Below are positions 43,312 through 55,135 of a DNA stretch of 64,000 nucleotides, in pieces (position 1 is the stretch's first letter; the number at the start of each line of letters is the position of its first letter). The notes beneath the pieces were generated by a model. It saw only the letters and a program-made list of their open reading frames with translations, was not told the origin of the DNA and did not search any database. Made by a program: the position numbers and the translations under genes. The DNA comes from an uncultured cyanobacterium. GTDB taxonomy: Bacteria; Cyanobacteriota; Cyanobacteriia; Cyanobacteriales; Cyanobacteriaceae. Location: contig CAVQBA010000007.1 of NCBI GenBank assembly GCA_963710605.1, positions 256,001 to 320,000 of the forward strand. Reading direction: 5' to 3'.

Positions 43312-43761
43312 ATGGAACGTACTTTTTTAATGATCAAACCCGATGGTGTGCAACGCAATCTTGTCGGTGAAGTGATCAAACGTTTAGAAAGCAAAGGCTT
43401 TACTCTAGTCGGTTTGAAATTAATGTCGGTTTCTCGTGAGTTAGCCGAAAAACATTATGATGTACACAAAGAAAGACCTTTTTTTGGTAGTTTAGTGGAA
43501 TTCATTATCTCTTCTCCTGTAGTGGCGATGGTATGGGAAGGTAATGGTGTGGTTGCTTCTGCACGCAAGATAATTGGTGCGACAAATCCTTTAGAATCCG
43601 AGCCTGGTACAATTAGAGGAGATTATGGTATCGATATTGGACGTAACTTAATTCACGGCTCAGATGCTACCGAAACTGCAACTAAAGAAATCAGTTTATG
43701 GTTTAAAGATGATGAACTTTGTTCTTGGGAAAACACCATGAAACCATGGCTTTATGAATAA
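43312..43761 (+). CDS. ndk: Nucleoside diphosphate kinase
   Basis: [29 protein letters not shown]. Confidence 0.98.
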   Translation: MERTFLMIKPDGVQRNLVGEVIKRLESKGFTLVGLKLMSVSRELAEKHYDVHKERPFFGSLVEFIISSPVVAMVWEGNGVVASARKIIGATNPLESEPGTIRGDYGIDIGRNLIHGSDATETATKEISLWFKDDELCSWENTMKPWLYE

Positions 43762-43912
43762 TTAGCAATTAGTAATTAATAACAAATATGTATTAAATAA
43801 CGGCTAAAGCCGTGACTACGAGCAAATAAAAAATTTGTTGGTAGTGATGACTTTAGTCATCTTGCCTTTTGCCCTTTTGAGCTTCTTGTGTCTTTTCTTT
43901 TAAATATTTAAA

Positions 43913-44461
43913 ATGTTGAAATCTCTATCTAAACTTATTATTGTTTTTTGTTTATTTCTCACCTTTAGCTTAAATTTGGCGACTCCTGCGATCGCTTTAG
44001 GTGGTACACAACCCGAATTAAATCAATCTGCACCTGAATTTAATTTACCGACTAATAGTATTGAACAAAAGAATATTTCACTACAAGATTATCGTGGTAA
44101 ATGGATTGTACTCTATTTTTATCCGCAAGATTTTACCCCTGGATGTACTTTAGAAGCTCAAAGGTTTCAACGAGATTTGAGTCAGTTTCATGATTTGAAT
44201 ACAGAGGTGATTGGTGTTAGTGCCGATGATATTAATTCTCACCAAGATTTTTGTGACGCTGAGGGTTTGAAATTTCCTCTTTTAGCTGATACTAAGGGTA
44301 AAGTAAGTAAGGCTTATGGTTCGTGGTTAACTGGTCATTCTTTACGTCATACTTATATTATCGATCGTGATGGTATTTTAAAAGCTAAGTTTCTCGGCGT
44401 GCGTCCAATTATTCATTCTGAAGAAGTTTTAGCTAAATTAAAAGAATTACAAGGAATTTAA
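43913..44461 (+). CDS. Peroxiredoxin Q/BCP with signal peptide
   Basis: YFYPQDFTPGCTLEA. Confidence 0.92.
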   Translation: MLKSLSKLIIVFCLFLTFSLNLATPAIALGGTQPELNQSAPEFNLPTNSIEQKNISLQDYRGKWIVLYFYPQDFTPGCTLEAQRFQRDLSQFHDLNTEVIGVSADDINSHQDFCDAEGLKFPLLADTKGKVSKAYGSWLTGHSLRHTYIIDRDGILKAKFLGVRPIIHSEEVLAKLKELQGI

Positions 44462-44472
44462 ACACAAAATCA

Positions 44473-45663
44473 ATGAATAGTTATGATGCGATAGTTATTG
44501 GTGGAGGTTTGACTGGTTCGGCTTTAAGTTACGAATTAGCCAAACAAAATTGGCGTGTTTTATTATTAGAAAAAAAACCGATTTTAAATAATTTAAATAG
44601 TGCAACTAGTTGTAGTTATGGTGGTATTTCTTATTGGTGTGGTACTGATGATTTAACTAACAAATTAGCTAATGAATCGATCGATATTCATCGTCATTTA
44701 AGTAGTGAATTAGACTACGATACTGAGTTTAAAGAACTAGATTTATTGTTGACAATCGATAATACTCAAAATCCGCAACAAGTCTATCCTCTCTATCAAG
44801 ACTTTCACATCAAACCACAACTGTTAGACGCACAAGAAACAATCGAATTAGAACCATTATTGAATCAAGATGCAATTAACGGTAGCTTAAAGTTTCCTCA
44901 AGGTCATGTTAATCCAACTAAAATTATCATGGCTTATCAACAAGCATTAATTAAATTGGGCGGAGAAATTATTTACGAACAAGTAGAAAAAATAGAGAAA
45001 AAAAAAGAGCAAATAACAGGAGTTAAAACTAACAAAAATCATTATTCAGCTTCACATATTGTCGTGAGTGCGGGTGCATTTTCACGATCGTTATTACAAA
45101 CATTAAATATTACTTTACCAATCTATTTTAGTCACGCACAATTGATTAAAACTAAACCGACTGACATCAAACTAAAAAGTTTAGTTATGCCCGCCACAAC
45201 CGATCGTTTAGACACCGAAAAACAAGTTAGTCAGTTAGAAAAAACATCATTATGGGAATATCCTACCGATGAAATACACGGAGACGTTTTAGAAGCAGGT
45301 GCAATTCAATTTGCTGATGGTAGTTTTTGCTTAGGGCAAATCAGTCAAATTATTACTAATCTCAACAGTCCAATTAAACCACAACAAAGCGAAAAAAGAA
45401 TCCGAGAAGCAGTTAATAAAGTATTACCTTCATTATCTTCACTTGAAGGACAATGGTACAATTGCCAAGTAGCTTTTAGTCAAGGAATCCCGTTTCAAGT
45501 CGGTAAAGTTGAACAGTTAGAAGGATTATCTATTTTTTCGGGTTTTACTAGTCCATTTGTATTTGTGCCACCTTTAGCCAGATATTTTAGTGAGTATTTG
45601 ACTCAAGGTAAAAATGAGGTTATTGAAACATTACCTCAACCGTCTTGCTTGTCTGGTGAATGA
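44473..45663 (+). CDS. FAD-dependent oxidoreductase (DAO family)
   Basis: IVIGGGLTG, GHVNP, VVSAGAFS. Confidence 0.88.
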   Translation: MNSYDAIVIGGGLTGSALSYELAKQNWRVLLLEKKPILNNLNSATSCSYGGISYWCGTDDLTNKLANESIDIHRHLSSELDYDTEFKELDLLLTIDNTQNPQQVYPLYQDFHIKPQLLDAQETIELEPLLNQDAINGSLKFPQGHVNPTKIIMAYQQALIKLGGEIIYEQVEKIEKKKEQITGVKTNKNHYSASHIVVSAGAFSRSLLQTLNITLPIYFSHAQLIKTKPTDIKLKSLVMPATTDRLDTEKQVSQLEKTSLWEYPTDEIHGDVLEAGAIQFADGSFCLGQISQIITNLNSPIKPQQSEKRIREAVNKVLPSLSSLEGQWYNCQVAFSQGIPFQVGKVEQLEGLSIFSGFTSPFVFVPPLARYFSEYLTQGKNEVIETLPQPSCLSGE

Positions 45664-45780
45664 TTTATGATCTTATTTTAAGCGTTTTGTTTTGGGTGTA
45701 AACCTTGCACCCCTACAGGATAAATTTTATGAAGGTTTAAGGCTTTTATTTTAAGTCTTTTTTTGGTCTGTTATTCTCTT

Positions 45781-45985
45781 GTGTCATCGTAATTTTTTAT
45801 CTCGATCGATTTGCTTTAAATCTGCTGAAAGCTTATCGCTCAAATCACTTCTATCTATAATTAAACTAATCTGTCCGACTAACTGTGCTTTTGCCAACAT
45901 CTCACCCTTATATCAAATCCTACTAAATCAGCAAAAATATTTCCACAACTTGTATAAACTTCTATCTCTTAAATCATCAATTTCA
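45781..45985 (-). pseudogene. Degraded XRE/HigA-type antitoxin fragment
   Basis: Minus strand EIEVYTSCGNIFADL..(shift)..EMLAKAQLVGQISLII matches the S.GNVFADLG...LAKA.L N-terminus of XRE antitoxins; has a stop and a frameshift. Confidence 0.6.
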
Positions 45986-45992
45986 TCTCTAA

Positions 45993-46205
45993 CTAACTAT
46001 TTATCGATTCTTGTTTTTGCACCAATCTTTTAGCTTTATTTAAACGATATTGATATAAGGGTGAAGTCCGATTTTGTTCTTCTAATTGAGCGATAATATC
46101 ATCTAAAATGAGTATTTCTGCGTCCATACGTTGAAAAAGTTTTTGAAATTTTACAGAAGTTTTTTTAACTTGTTCAATATTTGGGATAAATTTTTCTTGT
46201 GTCAT
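45993..46205 (-). CDS. Small hypothetical helical protein
   Basis: 70-aa ORF with AGGAG RBS upstream. Confidence 0.55.
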   Translation of the reverse strand: MTQEKFIPNIEQVKKTSVKFQKLFQRMDAEILILDDIIAQLEEQNRTSPLYQYRLNKAKRLVQKQESINS

Positions 46206-46323
46206 AATAAATCAAAACTCCTTTTTTCTTCAATTATAGTTGCTTTAGTTGCGGCTATTGTCAATTGCTGCTTTATCAAAAAAAAGCTTGAATATACTTA
46301 GTAGAGTATTACCTAAAAAATTT

Positions 46324-46902
46324 TTAATTAATTATATAATTTTCATCTTCTTTCCAATTAATAGGATTATTAATAATATATTCTCGAATATTATTTAATG
46401 ACTGCTCGTTTCTAATAATATGTTCATAAAATCGAGATTGCCAATTAAAATTATTAAAATTATTTTTTCTACTCCACTTACTTACTGCTGATTTGTAACT
46501 TCTAATTATTGTACTTAAAGAACCTTTTTTAGGAGATATATTAGACATAATCTTCGAGTACTTATTATCTAAATTAGATTGTAGATAACTTTGATTATAT
46601 ATTTGTTTTTCTTGCCGATCGAATTGATTATTGTTAATGATAACTATGCCATGAATATGATTGGGCATAATAACAAAACGATCGATTTGGACAAAATTAA
46701 AATGATGAGGAATTTCTAACCAAAATTTTTCGGCAATTTTTCCTAATTCTGAAAGATTAACTAAATCATTTTTCAGACTGCCAAAATAACAAATTTTTTC
46801 ATAGGTACAGATAGTCACAAAGTAGTATCCATTCGATCGATAATCATAGTTTTTTAAGCGAATAGACTTTCTGTTTTTTTGATATCTATTAGAAGAATCC
46901 AT
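46324..46902 (-). mobile_element. REP-associated tyrosine transposase (RAYT, Y1/HUH)
   Basis: RKSIRL..YDY, YFVTICT, VIMPNHIHG (HUH), WQSRFYEHIIR, YIINNP; GTAG-REP at 46931-46960. Confidence 0.92.
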
Positions 46903-46930
46903 AAATTTATCTTTTCATACCATAACGTTT

Positions 46931-46960
46931 GTAGGGACGTTGCATTGCAACGTCTCCGAC
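46931..46960. repeat. GTAG-type REP adjacent to RAYT
   Basis: GTAGGGACGTTGCATTGCAACGTCTCCGAC hairpin; similar GTAG/CTAC hairpins at 13149-13173, 23017-23041, 45694-45716. Confidence 0.8.
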
Positions 46961-47050
46961 AATTATAAATATAGAGCTAGTTGATATTTAAATAAGAATC
47001 GAATAACTATTTTTCTATTTTAAATTATATTAAAATTCTTTTTCTTCTTT

Positions 47051-47270
47051 ATGATTAATCCGATTGAAACAAAATATAAAGGTATTAAATTCGTTCTGTT
47101 TAGAAGCAAGATGGGCAGTATTTATTCATGCACTTGGTTTTAATTTTGGTAGACAGATTACAATTTACGGATTTACTTTAATTTTGTTCCAGATTAAAAT
47201 TTAGAAATTAAACCAACATCTCCTACAGAAGAAGAAAAGAAATTATTTTTAAGTAAACTACAAAAATAAG
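47051..47270 (+). pseudogene. Degraded PD-(D/E)XK-like nuclease fragment
   Basis: MINPIETKYKGIKF..(shift)..LEARWAVF..LG and later LEIKPTSPTEEE. Confidence 0.55.
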
Positions 47271-47569
47271 AACAATTAGTGCATTAGCTAATATCAGGAA
47301 TTTTTGTTTAATAAGATTAAAGATAATATTACACGAACAAAGTGATAAATACGATGATTTAATGTTCAATTGAGAACTTACATTTTGGGAGAAAAGAATC
47401 CATAACCAAAATAGCAACAACAATTCCTAGTAAAGTCAACAACCATCCTTGAATTTCTTTATAACTTCGCCATAAGATTCGGCACAAATTATCCTTCATA
47501 AATTCATTTTTTAATTAATAACAAAGGTGGGCATAGCGCACCATACAAATAAAGATTAATTGTCAGATA

Positions 47570-50500
47570 TTAGTCTTCAATACCTTCAATTCGATCTTCT
47601 ACTTCTTGATAAAGTTCTTGTAATCTTTCGATATTTTCATCAGAAGTTTCCCAATAACCACGCCCGTTGACTTCTAACAATGTACTAACCATGCGACGGA
47701 ATGAGTTAGGATTCATATCCATCAAACGTTTACACATTTCTTCGTCTTCAATGAAAGTAGTGTTAGTATCTTCATAAACCCAATTGTCAACCGCATCGGC
47801 TGTAGCACTCCAACCCATGGTATTAACTAGGCGTTTGGATAACTCTCTGACACCTTCATAACCGTTGGACAACATACCTTCATACCATTTAGGATTAAGT
47901 AATTTGGTACGAGCATCTAAACGCACAGTTTCGGATAAAGTACGTACTTGAGCGTTAGCGGTGGTTGTATCGGCGATGTACGCAGATGGTTTTCTACCGT
48001 CATCACGCAAACTAGCGACAACTTTGGTAGGATCGGAATCAAAATAGTGAGAGACATCAGTTAAACTGATTTCTGATGAATCGAGGTTTTGGAAGGTTGC
48101 ATCGGCAGTTTTTAATGATTTTTCAAAAATTGCTCGGCTTTCATCCATTACCCCAGGGTTATCAGAATTAAAAGCAAAAGATTTACGATTTAGATACATA
48201 TCTTGTAATTCTTTTTCTTCTTCCCAACTGCTATTTTCTACTGCTAAGTTAACGTTAGAGGAATACGAACCAGACGCGTTAGAGAATACACGAGTTGCCG
48301 CTTGACGGATATTGATACCCATTTCTTGAGCTTGTTCGATCGCGTGTTTGCGAACAAAATTCATTTCGATCGGCTCATCTGCTTCAGCCGCTTTTTTAAC
48401 AGCTTGATCGAGTAAATTCATTTGATTGATGAACAAGTCACGGAAAACACCCGAACAGTTAACCACAACGTCAATACGAGGACGACCTAATTCTTCGATC
48501 GAAATTAGTTCAAGTTTGTTTACTCTTCCCAAAGCATCAGGCACAGGTTTAACTCCTACCATCCACATAATTTGAGCGAGAGATTCACCATAGGTTTTGA
48601 TGTTATCTGTACCCCATAATACACAAGCGATCGTTTCAGGGTAGTTGCCACCGTTATCTATTCTTTGACGCTCTAAGAGTCGATCGACGACCACTTTAGC
48701 CGATTGTACTGCCGCTGTGGTAGGTATTTTTTGGGGGTCTAAGGCATGAATATTTTTTCCTGTAGGTAATACATTCGGGTTACGAATTGGGTCACCACCA
48801 GGGCCTGGTAAGACATATTCACCTTCAAGGGCTTTAAGTAAACCATCTAATTCTAAATCGGCACAAACTTGTTCTAAACAAAAAGCGAGAAATTCAAATA
48901 GAGGTTTAAGGGCTTTTTCATCAACTTTGTCGTAACCTAATTCGTGTAATTTAGCTACCCAAGGCTCTTTTTTACCCATGCCGAAGATGTTGAGTTTATC
49001 GACTAAAGATACTCTACCTTCTTCATTAGTTTGTTCTTCTACAAAAGCACGAATTGAATCTCTGGTGGCTTCGGTGATGCTTTGTAATAAGTTAACGTCG
49101 GCTAAGATTCCTTTATCGGCATTACGATAAATATCTTCCATTTTGCGTCCGATACTGTTCGCAATAATGGTAGTTAAAGCCATGATTTCTTCTTCTTCAC
49201 GATCGAGACTAGCAATATTAACTAAAGTAGCGATCGCTTCTTCGGCGGTAGGAGGCTTACCGATTACGTGTAAACCGCAAGGTAATAAACGAGATTCAAT
49301 CTCCATCAATTTACGATAAACCGCACCGACGATATGATCTCTTTCTTCACTAGACATTTTGCTTGAGTCAACTAACTCAGCTTCTTGCCCTTCAGGGGTA
49401 GCAATTTCAGGAATATCTCGATCTAAATTACAGATACGAGCTTTATCAACGATCGTATTCACAATCTGAATCGCTCTGCCTGTCTCTTTCAAGCCTTGAT
49501 AAGAACCGATTAAATCGCTTAATTCTTCTAACCCTTTATAAAGTCCAGCGTTTTCGGCAGGAGGAGTTAAATAAGAAATGGTGTTGGCATAACTACGACG
49601 TTTAGCGATCGTTGCTTCACTTGGGTTATTCGCCGCATAATAATAGATATTAGGGATATTACCAATCAGGCTATCGGGATAACAATCACCAGACATACCC
49701 ATTTGTTTACCAGGCATGAATTCTAATGAGCCATGTGTACCAAAGTGTAAGACAGCATCCACACCCCAGATTTTTTCTAGGTAAGTATAATAAGCCGCAA
49801 AACCATGATGAGGAGAAGCAGAGCGAGAAAATAATAGTCTCATCGGATCGCCTTCATAACCGAAAGTAGGTTGTACGCCGATGAAGACATTACCAAATTC
49901 TTTACCGTAGATTAAAAGGTTTTGTCCGTCGCTGTTAAGGTTTCCTGGTGGTGGCCCCAGTTTTCTTCCAGTTTTTGGGAATAAGGTGTCAAACGCTCAT
50001 ATTCTTCGACACTCATACGATAAGCAATGTTTAATTCAGGAGAAGCATATTGTGCTTGAGCATCGTTGATAACTTCTTCCATCAATTGTTGAGCATTTTC
50101 AGGAATATCTTGCACATCATAACCTTTAGCTCTCATTCCTTTGAGTACTTCAAAAATAGAACCAAAGACGTTTAAATAAGCGGCTGTACCGACGTTTCCT
50201 TTGTCAGGAGGGAAGCTAAAAACGGTGATTGCGAGTTTTTTGTCAACTTTTGGTTTTTTACGCAAACTAGCCCATTTTAAAGCACGTCCTGCGATCGCTT
50301 CTACTCGATCTTGCAGGGTGACAGATTTACCTGAGTTACCATCTCTTCCTGATAATATGATCGGCTCGATCGCACCATCTAGTTCGGGGATAGCAATTTG
50401 TAAGGCTACTTGAATTGGGTGTAAACCAAGATCGCTTTCTTCCCATTCTTCAGTAGTTTGGAATACCAAAGGTAACGCAACCATGTAAGGACGATTGAGG

Positions 50501-51597
50501 CGTTTTAATGATTCTACTGCTTTAGGATGATCTTGACGAGCAGGACCACCAACAAGGGCAAAACCTGTTAAAGATACAACTGCATCAACGATCGAAATCG
50601 ACTCAACTCCTTCTACTGCTTTATCTAAGAAATATTCATCGACGGGTTTAGAGAAGTCTAAACCACCTGCAAATACTGGAATAACTCTCGCACCACGATA
50701 TTCTAATTCTTGAAGCATGGCGACATAATGAGCGTCATCTCCTGTCACTAGGTGAGTACGTTGTAAGACGATACCAACACAAGGAGCGAGAGGATTTTTA
50801 AGTGCATCGCTAATATCGTCACGGTTGTTATACCAGTTGAGATATTCTTTAACGTCTTCAAACATTTTTGGAGCGAGGGGATGCCAAATACCCATATCAG
50901 GATAAACTATGGGTGCGTCATAGGAGTCTTTAGCGTTGAGTAAAGAATTTTCTCCTGTGAAGACATATTTATCGGCTAACATCAAGAAGAAGTTTTCCAG
51001 GTTATCGGACGAGCCACCTAACCAATATTGAAAACTGAGCATGAAGTTACGTGCATCTTGGGCTTTTTCTACAGGTAGATATTTTAAGACGGTAGGTAAG
51101 GTACGTAACAATTTAAGCATCGCATCTTCAAATCCTGCCCCAGATTTTTTGCGACGTTTTTTCATAAATTCGCCGATGACGCTTTTGCTTTGCCCTAGTT
51201 GTGCCATGCTGAAGCTACCCATTTTGTTAAGACGCATTACAGCGGGCATGGAAGGGAAAACGACCGCCGCATCAAGGTTATCTCTGTGGGGAGTAACTGC
51301 TTCTACTACTTTTTCAGCTAATTCTTCGATGAAGATTAAAGAGGCGATGAAGATATTGGCTTCACTGACATCTTTTTTGAATTGCTCATAGTTTTCGGGG
51401 TTTCTTAATTCTTCAATTAAATAACCACTAATTTCGATCGCTAAATTGGGGTTACGAGCGTTGATGGATTTGATTGCACCACTAATGGCACTTTGATATT
51501 GTGGTTCTAATACAACATAAACTACTTTCATCAAGGCACGCCCTTGTAAATCATCGGGTGCGATATGCCTAACAGCAGATTTTACGTTTGTAAACAT
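47570..51597 (-). CDS. chlH: Magnesium chelatase subunit H, split by a 1-nt deletion in a G-run near 49955-49958 (likely sequencing error)
   Basis: Both ORFs are ChlH; adding one G restores [47 protein letters not shown]. Confidence 0.96.
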
Positions 51598-51899
51598 TAA
51601 TATTGAAGCTCCTATTAGCTGAGATGTTTAAATTTATGGATACGGGATAATAACAGAGGCTGATATAGACTCTCTTATTGTTTTTAGCAGAAAATAGGTC
51701 TTTTTGCTTACTGTTTTGTAATGTTTTAAGGTTATTTTGGTAAATCTTTACATTTTTTAATATTTTGACAGCAAAACAGTACGATCTAGGTATAGATGAT
51801 AACGATCGTTTATATTATTGATAAGGTTTTTCATCGATCGAATTTATCAACAATTATTACAATGCAAATGAACTGTTTAGTAAGTTTTTTTAATTAATA

Positions 51900-52472
51900 A
51901 TGTCTCAACTAACTTCAGCCTTAGAAAGAATATCGAAATGGTATGAAGTAAATGAACCCGATGATTATCCTATTTTTCAATCTGGATTATCAAAAGAATA
52001 TATTGAAGAGCAATGGCAAAAACTAGATTCTGATTTTCCAATTCCAGATGAAATTTATTAGCTTTATGAGTATTGTAATGGTTCTTTAGAAGAACAAACT
52101 ATTACAATCGATCGTCAACATTATTTATTATCTTTAGAATCAGCAATCGAATGGCGAGTGAGCTATGGTTTGAACCATAGAGATGATACTTGGAAAGATG
52201 ATCCTAGTTGGTTTCCTGTTACTGAATTGTGGTGTCAACCAGCGTTTTTTTGCGTTGTTTTGGGAAAAAGACAAAAAAATTCAATTCTTTATCACGAGAC
52301 TGAATGCCAAACCTACGAGATAAGGTATAAAAGTTTAACTCATTTACTTATGCACTGTGCCGATTGGTTAGAAGCATCCCAACCTCATCAATACAATGGA
52401 GAAACTGACTGGTATCCAGATAATAACATTACTGAGGAATTAGAGAAAAAATATATGATTAAAAATAAATAA
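51900..52472 (+). pseudogene. SMI1/KNR4 family protein with in-frame TAG at 52059-52061
   Basis: MSQLTSALERISKW...GLSKEYIEE...FPIPDEIY*LYEYCNG, in frame with ORF 52158-52472. Confidence 0.7.
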
Positions 52473-52589
52473 ATATCTTAAATACCACTGTCTGTATCAC
52501 CGATTGAACAGGATTTATTGATTTACACCGATAATTATTGAGATTGCTATAGTTGCTAAAATGAACTCATCTATTTTAAGTTAATCAAT

Positions 52590-53153
52590 ATGGTTAAAAT
52601 TCTGTCTCAATCTTTGACTATCGAAGAATTCCTTCAGTTGTCAGAAACTAAACCTGCTAGTGAATTTATCAGAGGAGAAATATTACAAAAACCGATGCCT
52701 CAAGGAAAACATAGTCTTATTCAGGGTGAATTAGTTACTAATATTAATTTAGTCGCTAAACCAGATAAAATTGCGATCGCTTTTCCTGAGTTAAGATGTC
52801 GAATTGACGATCGAGTTATTGTACCTGATATAGTTGTATTACCCTATGGCAAAATACCTCGTGATGAGAATGGAGATATTGCCAATATTATAAATGGTAC
52901 ACCTGATTGGATGATTGAGATTTTGTCTCCTAATCAAAATACAATCCTTGTGACTGAAAAGATTTTACATTGTTTGAATAATGGTTGTACTTTAGCATGG
53001 TTAATCGATCCTCAATCTAAGAAAATCCTCGTTTTTCAACCAAATCAACAACCTACATTCTTACAAAATCCCACGGATATAATTCCTTCACCTAATTTTT
53101 TACCAAACTATCAATTAACTGTTGAAACTCTGTTTGGATGGTTAAATTTTTAA
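52590..53153 (+). CDS. Uma2 family endonuclease
   Basis: ETKPASE, KPMPQGKHS, VPDIVV, PDWMIEILSP, WLIDP. Confidence 0.92.
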   Translation: MVKILSQSLTIEEFLQLSETKPASEFIRGEILQKPMPQGKHSLIQGELVTNINLVAKPDKIAIAFPELRCRIDDRVIVPDIVVLPYGKIPRDENGDIANIINGTPDWMIEILSPNQNTILVTEKILHCLNNGCTLAWLIDPQSKKILVFQPNQQPTFLQNPTDIIPSPNFLPNYQLTVETLFGWLNF

Positions 53154-53301
53154 TTAAATATGTTGAGATTATTTTATAAATCTATAAATCTATTATTGTT
53201 CATCATTACTAAGATTTTCTTCTGTTATTTTTTAACCGATCGAATTCTTTCTCAAATGAATTAAAATCAATAGTTATAATCCTCATCGCCATACGATCGA
53301 T

Positions 53302-53553
53302 ATGAATAACGTTACCATTAATGAAGATAATCCGACTTTAACATCATTAGTAGAACAAGTTAATAACTCAAATCAGGCTACAACGATCGCGATCGAAAAT
53401 CAAAAAAAAGCTGTTTTAGTATCGATCGAACAGTGGAATGCTATTCAGGAAACTCTTTACCTCTCAAGTATTTCAGGTGTCAAAGAAGATTTAATTGAAG
53501 GAAAAAATACTAAATGGGAAGATTGTACACCTCTTGAAGAAGTCGAATGGTAA
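53302..53553 (+). CDS. YefM/Phd family antitoxin
   Basis: AVLVSIEQWNAIQETLYL. Confidence 0.85.
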   Translation: MNNVTINEDNPTLTSLVEQVNNSNQATTIAIENQKKAVLVSIEQWNAIQETLYLSSISGVKEDLIEGKNTKWEDCTPLEEVEW

Positions 53554-53813
53554 TGTGGGAAATAAGTTTGACGAAAAGAGCCGTCAAAGATGCAAAAAAG
53601 ATTAATCAATCTGGACTGAAAAAGAAAGTTGATGGGTTAATTAAAATACTAAAAACTAATCCTTATCAAAATCCTCCGCCCTATGAAAAATTAATCGGTG
53701 ATTTAGCAGGTATGTATTCTAGAAGAATTAATTCAAAACATCGCTTAGTCTATGAAGTTGATAATCATAACAAAAGAATTAAAATTTTGATGATGTGGAC
53801 ACATTATGAATAA
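53547..53813 (+). CDS. Txe/YoeB family toxin
   Basis: PPYEKLIGDL, YSRRINSKHRLVY, MWTHYE. Confidence 0.92.
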   Translation: MVMWEISLTKRAVKDAKKINQSGLKKKVDGLIKILKTNPYQNPPPYEKLIGDLAGMYSRRINSKHRLVYEVDNHNKRIKILMMWTHYE

Positions 53814-53829
53814 CTAAAGTTTCAAAGAA

Positions 53830-54040
53830 ATTTAAGTAGAGTTTGTTTGATAAATCTAGAAACCTAAGACGATTCAAATGTGACTTTTATCTTTATTCTT
53901 CATTTAAGATGGAAAAAATAGTTTCTTCATCTACAAAGTTATTTTTTCTTCCTTCTTCGATCGCTTTAGCTAAAATAACTTCTTCTAAGGCTTCAATAAA
54001 AATTTTATAAAACATATCTTTTTTGTTCAAACTACTTTAT
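53830..54040 (-). pseudogene. Fused scraps of TA genes (toxin start MYKVV, antitoxin C-terminus, another toxin start)
   Basis: ATGTATAAAGTAGTT overlaps the antitoxin stop region, then FIEALEEVILAKAIEEGRKNNFVDEETIF, then (I)KVTFESS*. Confidence 0.5.
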
Positions 54041-54270
54041 ACATCAGTTCTAACTTCTCGCCAATCTGTCAATTCACCTGAACTAACATCCTGTTTTACT
54101 AATTCAATATCTTCTAAAACATCAGGAATATCTAACAATTCCTTAGTTGCTTCTTCTCTTTCTTGTTCAGCTAAATTTTGGACAAATCGATCGATTAATT
54201 GTAAGTTATCTTCAGATAATTCATTCAAAGACTTATGAAGAGATTGTTTTAAGTTTTGTAGTTTAGACAT
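54037..54270 (-). CDS. Orphan putative antitoxin
   Basis: EATKELLDIP...GELTDWREVRTDV, typical of cyanobacterial RelE-partner antitoxins. Confidence 0.65.
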   Translation of the reverse strand: MSKLQNLKQSLHKSLNELSEDNLQLIDRFVQNLAEQEREEATKELLDIPDVLEDIELVKQDVSSGELTDWREVRTDV

Positions 54271-54426
54271 ACAATTTAAAGCAAATTTTAGTTAATTTTA
54301 TCATATTTAACTATTGTCTCGTTTAGTGTCGATCGTCCTGAGATTAATAATGACGTAGATGTATTGAAAGTAATTGATGTGTTGAATAAAAGTTCGATTG
54401 ATTTTTTTCACTTTATTTATTAAAAG

Positions 54427-54447
54427 TTGTACAATAAACTTGTACAA
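54427..54447. promoter_or_regulatory. YefM-YoeB operator (two TTGTACAA palindromes)
   Basis: TTGTACAA at 54427-54434 and 54440-54447 just upstream of yefM; TGTACA is the known yefM-yoeB operator core. Confidence 0.75.
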
Positions 54448-54460
54448 ATAAAACAAAATT

Positions 54461-54754
54461 ATGTTAACTAAAGAAACAAGCTATTCTCATTTAAGAGCAA
54501 ATTTAGCCAGTATATTAGATCAAGTTCATGATGAAAGTCAAATCATGGTGATTAAGCGTCGTAATGATAAAAATATCGCTTTAATCGCTGAAAATGAACT
54601 CTCTAGCTTACTTGAATGTGTTTATTTATTACGATCGCCTGAAAACGCCAAAAGACTATTTCGTTCATTAGAATGGGCAGAAGAAGTTGAAGACGAATCA
54701 CAAACAATCGACGAATTAAAACAGGAGTTAGGAATTGAATCAGAAGAAGTCTAA
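54461..54754 (+). CDS. yefM: YefM antitoxin
   Basis: SYSHLRANLASILDQV, YLLRSPENAKRL. Confidence 0.9.
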   Translation: MLTKETSYSHLRANLASILDQVHDESQIMVIKRRNDKNIALIAENELSSLLECVYLLRSPENAKRLFRSLEWAEEVEDESQTIDELKQELGIESEEV

Positions 54755-55052
54755 AAATACTCCTGATAATGATAAAAGTAGTTCAAGTTATCATCCTCAA
54801 TTTAGTCCAGACTTTAAAGCTGATTTAGCATGGTGGTATAAAAAAGACCGTAAAAAAGGAGATAAGATAGTTGATTTAATAGAAGACATTTTAAATGGTA
54901 ATCTTTTTAGTGGCATTGGCAAACCAGAACCGTTAAAATATATTGAAGCCAATACATGGTCAAGAAGAATTGATTTAGAACATCGATTAGTTTACAAAGT
55001 CACAGATAATAAAGTTTATTTTTTACAAGCTCGTTATCATTACAATCCTTAG
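54735..55052 (+). CDS. yoeB: Txe/YoeB toxin
   Basis: GIGKPEPLK, WSRRIDLEHRLVY, QARYHY. Confidence 0.92.
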   Translation: MNQKKSKNTPDNDKSSSSYHPQFSPDFKADLAWWYKKDRKKGDKIVDLIEDILNGNLFSGIGKPEPLKYIEANTWSRRIDLEHRLVYKVTDNKVYFLQARYHYNP

Positions 55053-55135
55053 TTAATATTATCTTCGATCGTAATCGAAAATCAAAAAAAAGCTGTTTTA
55101 GTATCGATCGAACAAAAGTTGATAGGTTAATTAAA

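Noticed and set aside
45779-46033. 84-aa plus-strand ORF
   Set aside because: The opposite strand carries the XRE antitoxin remnant; the plus frame has no motifs
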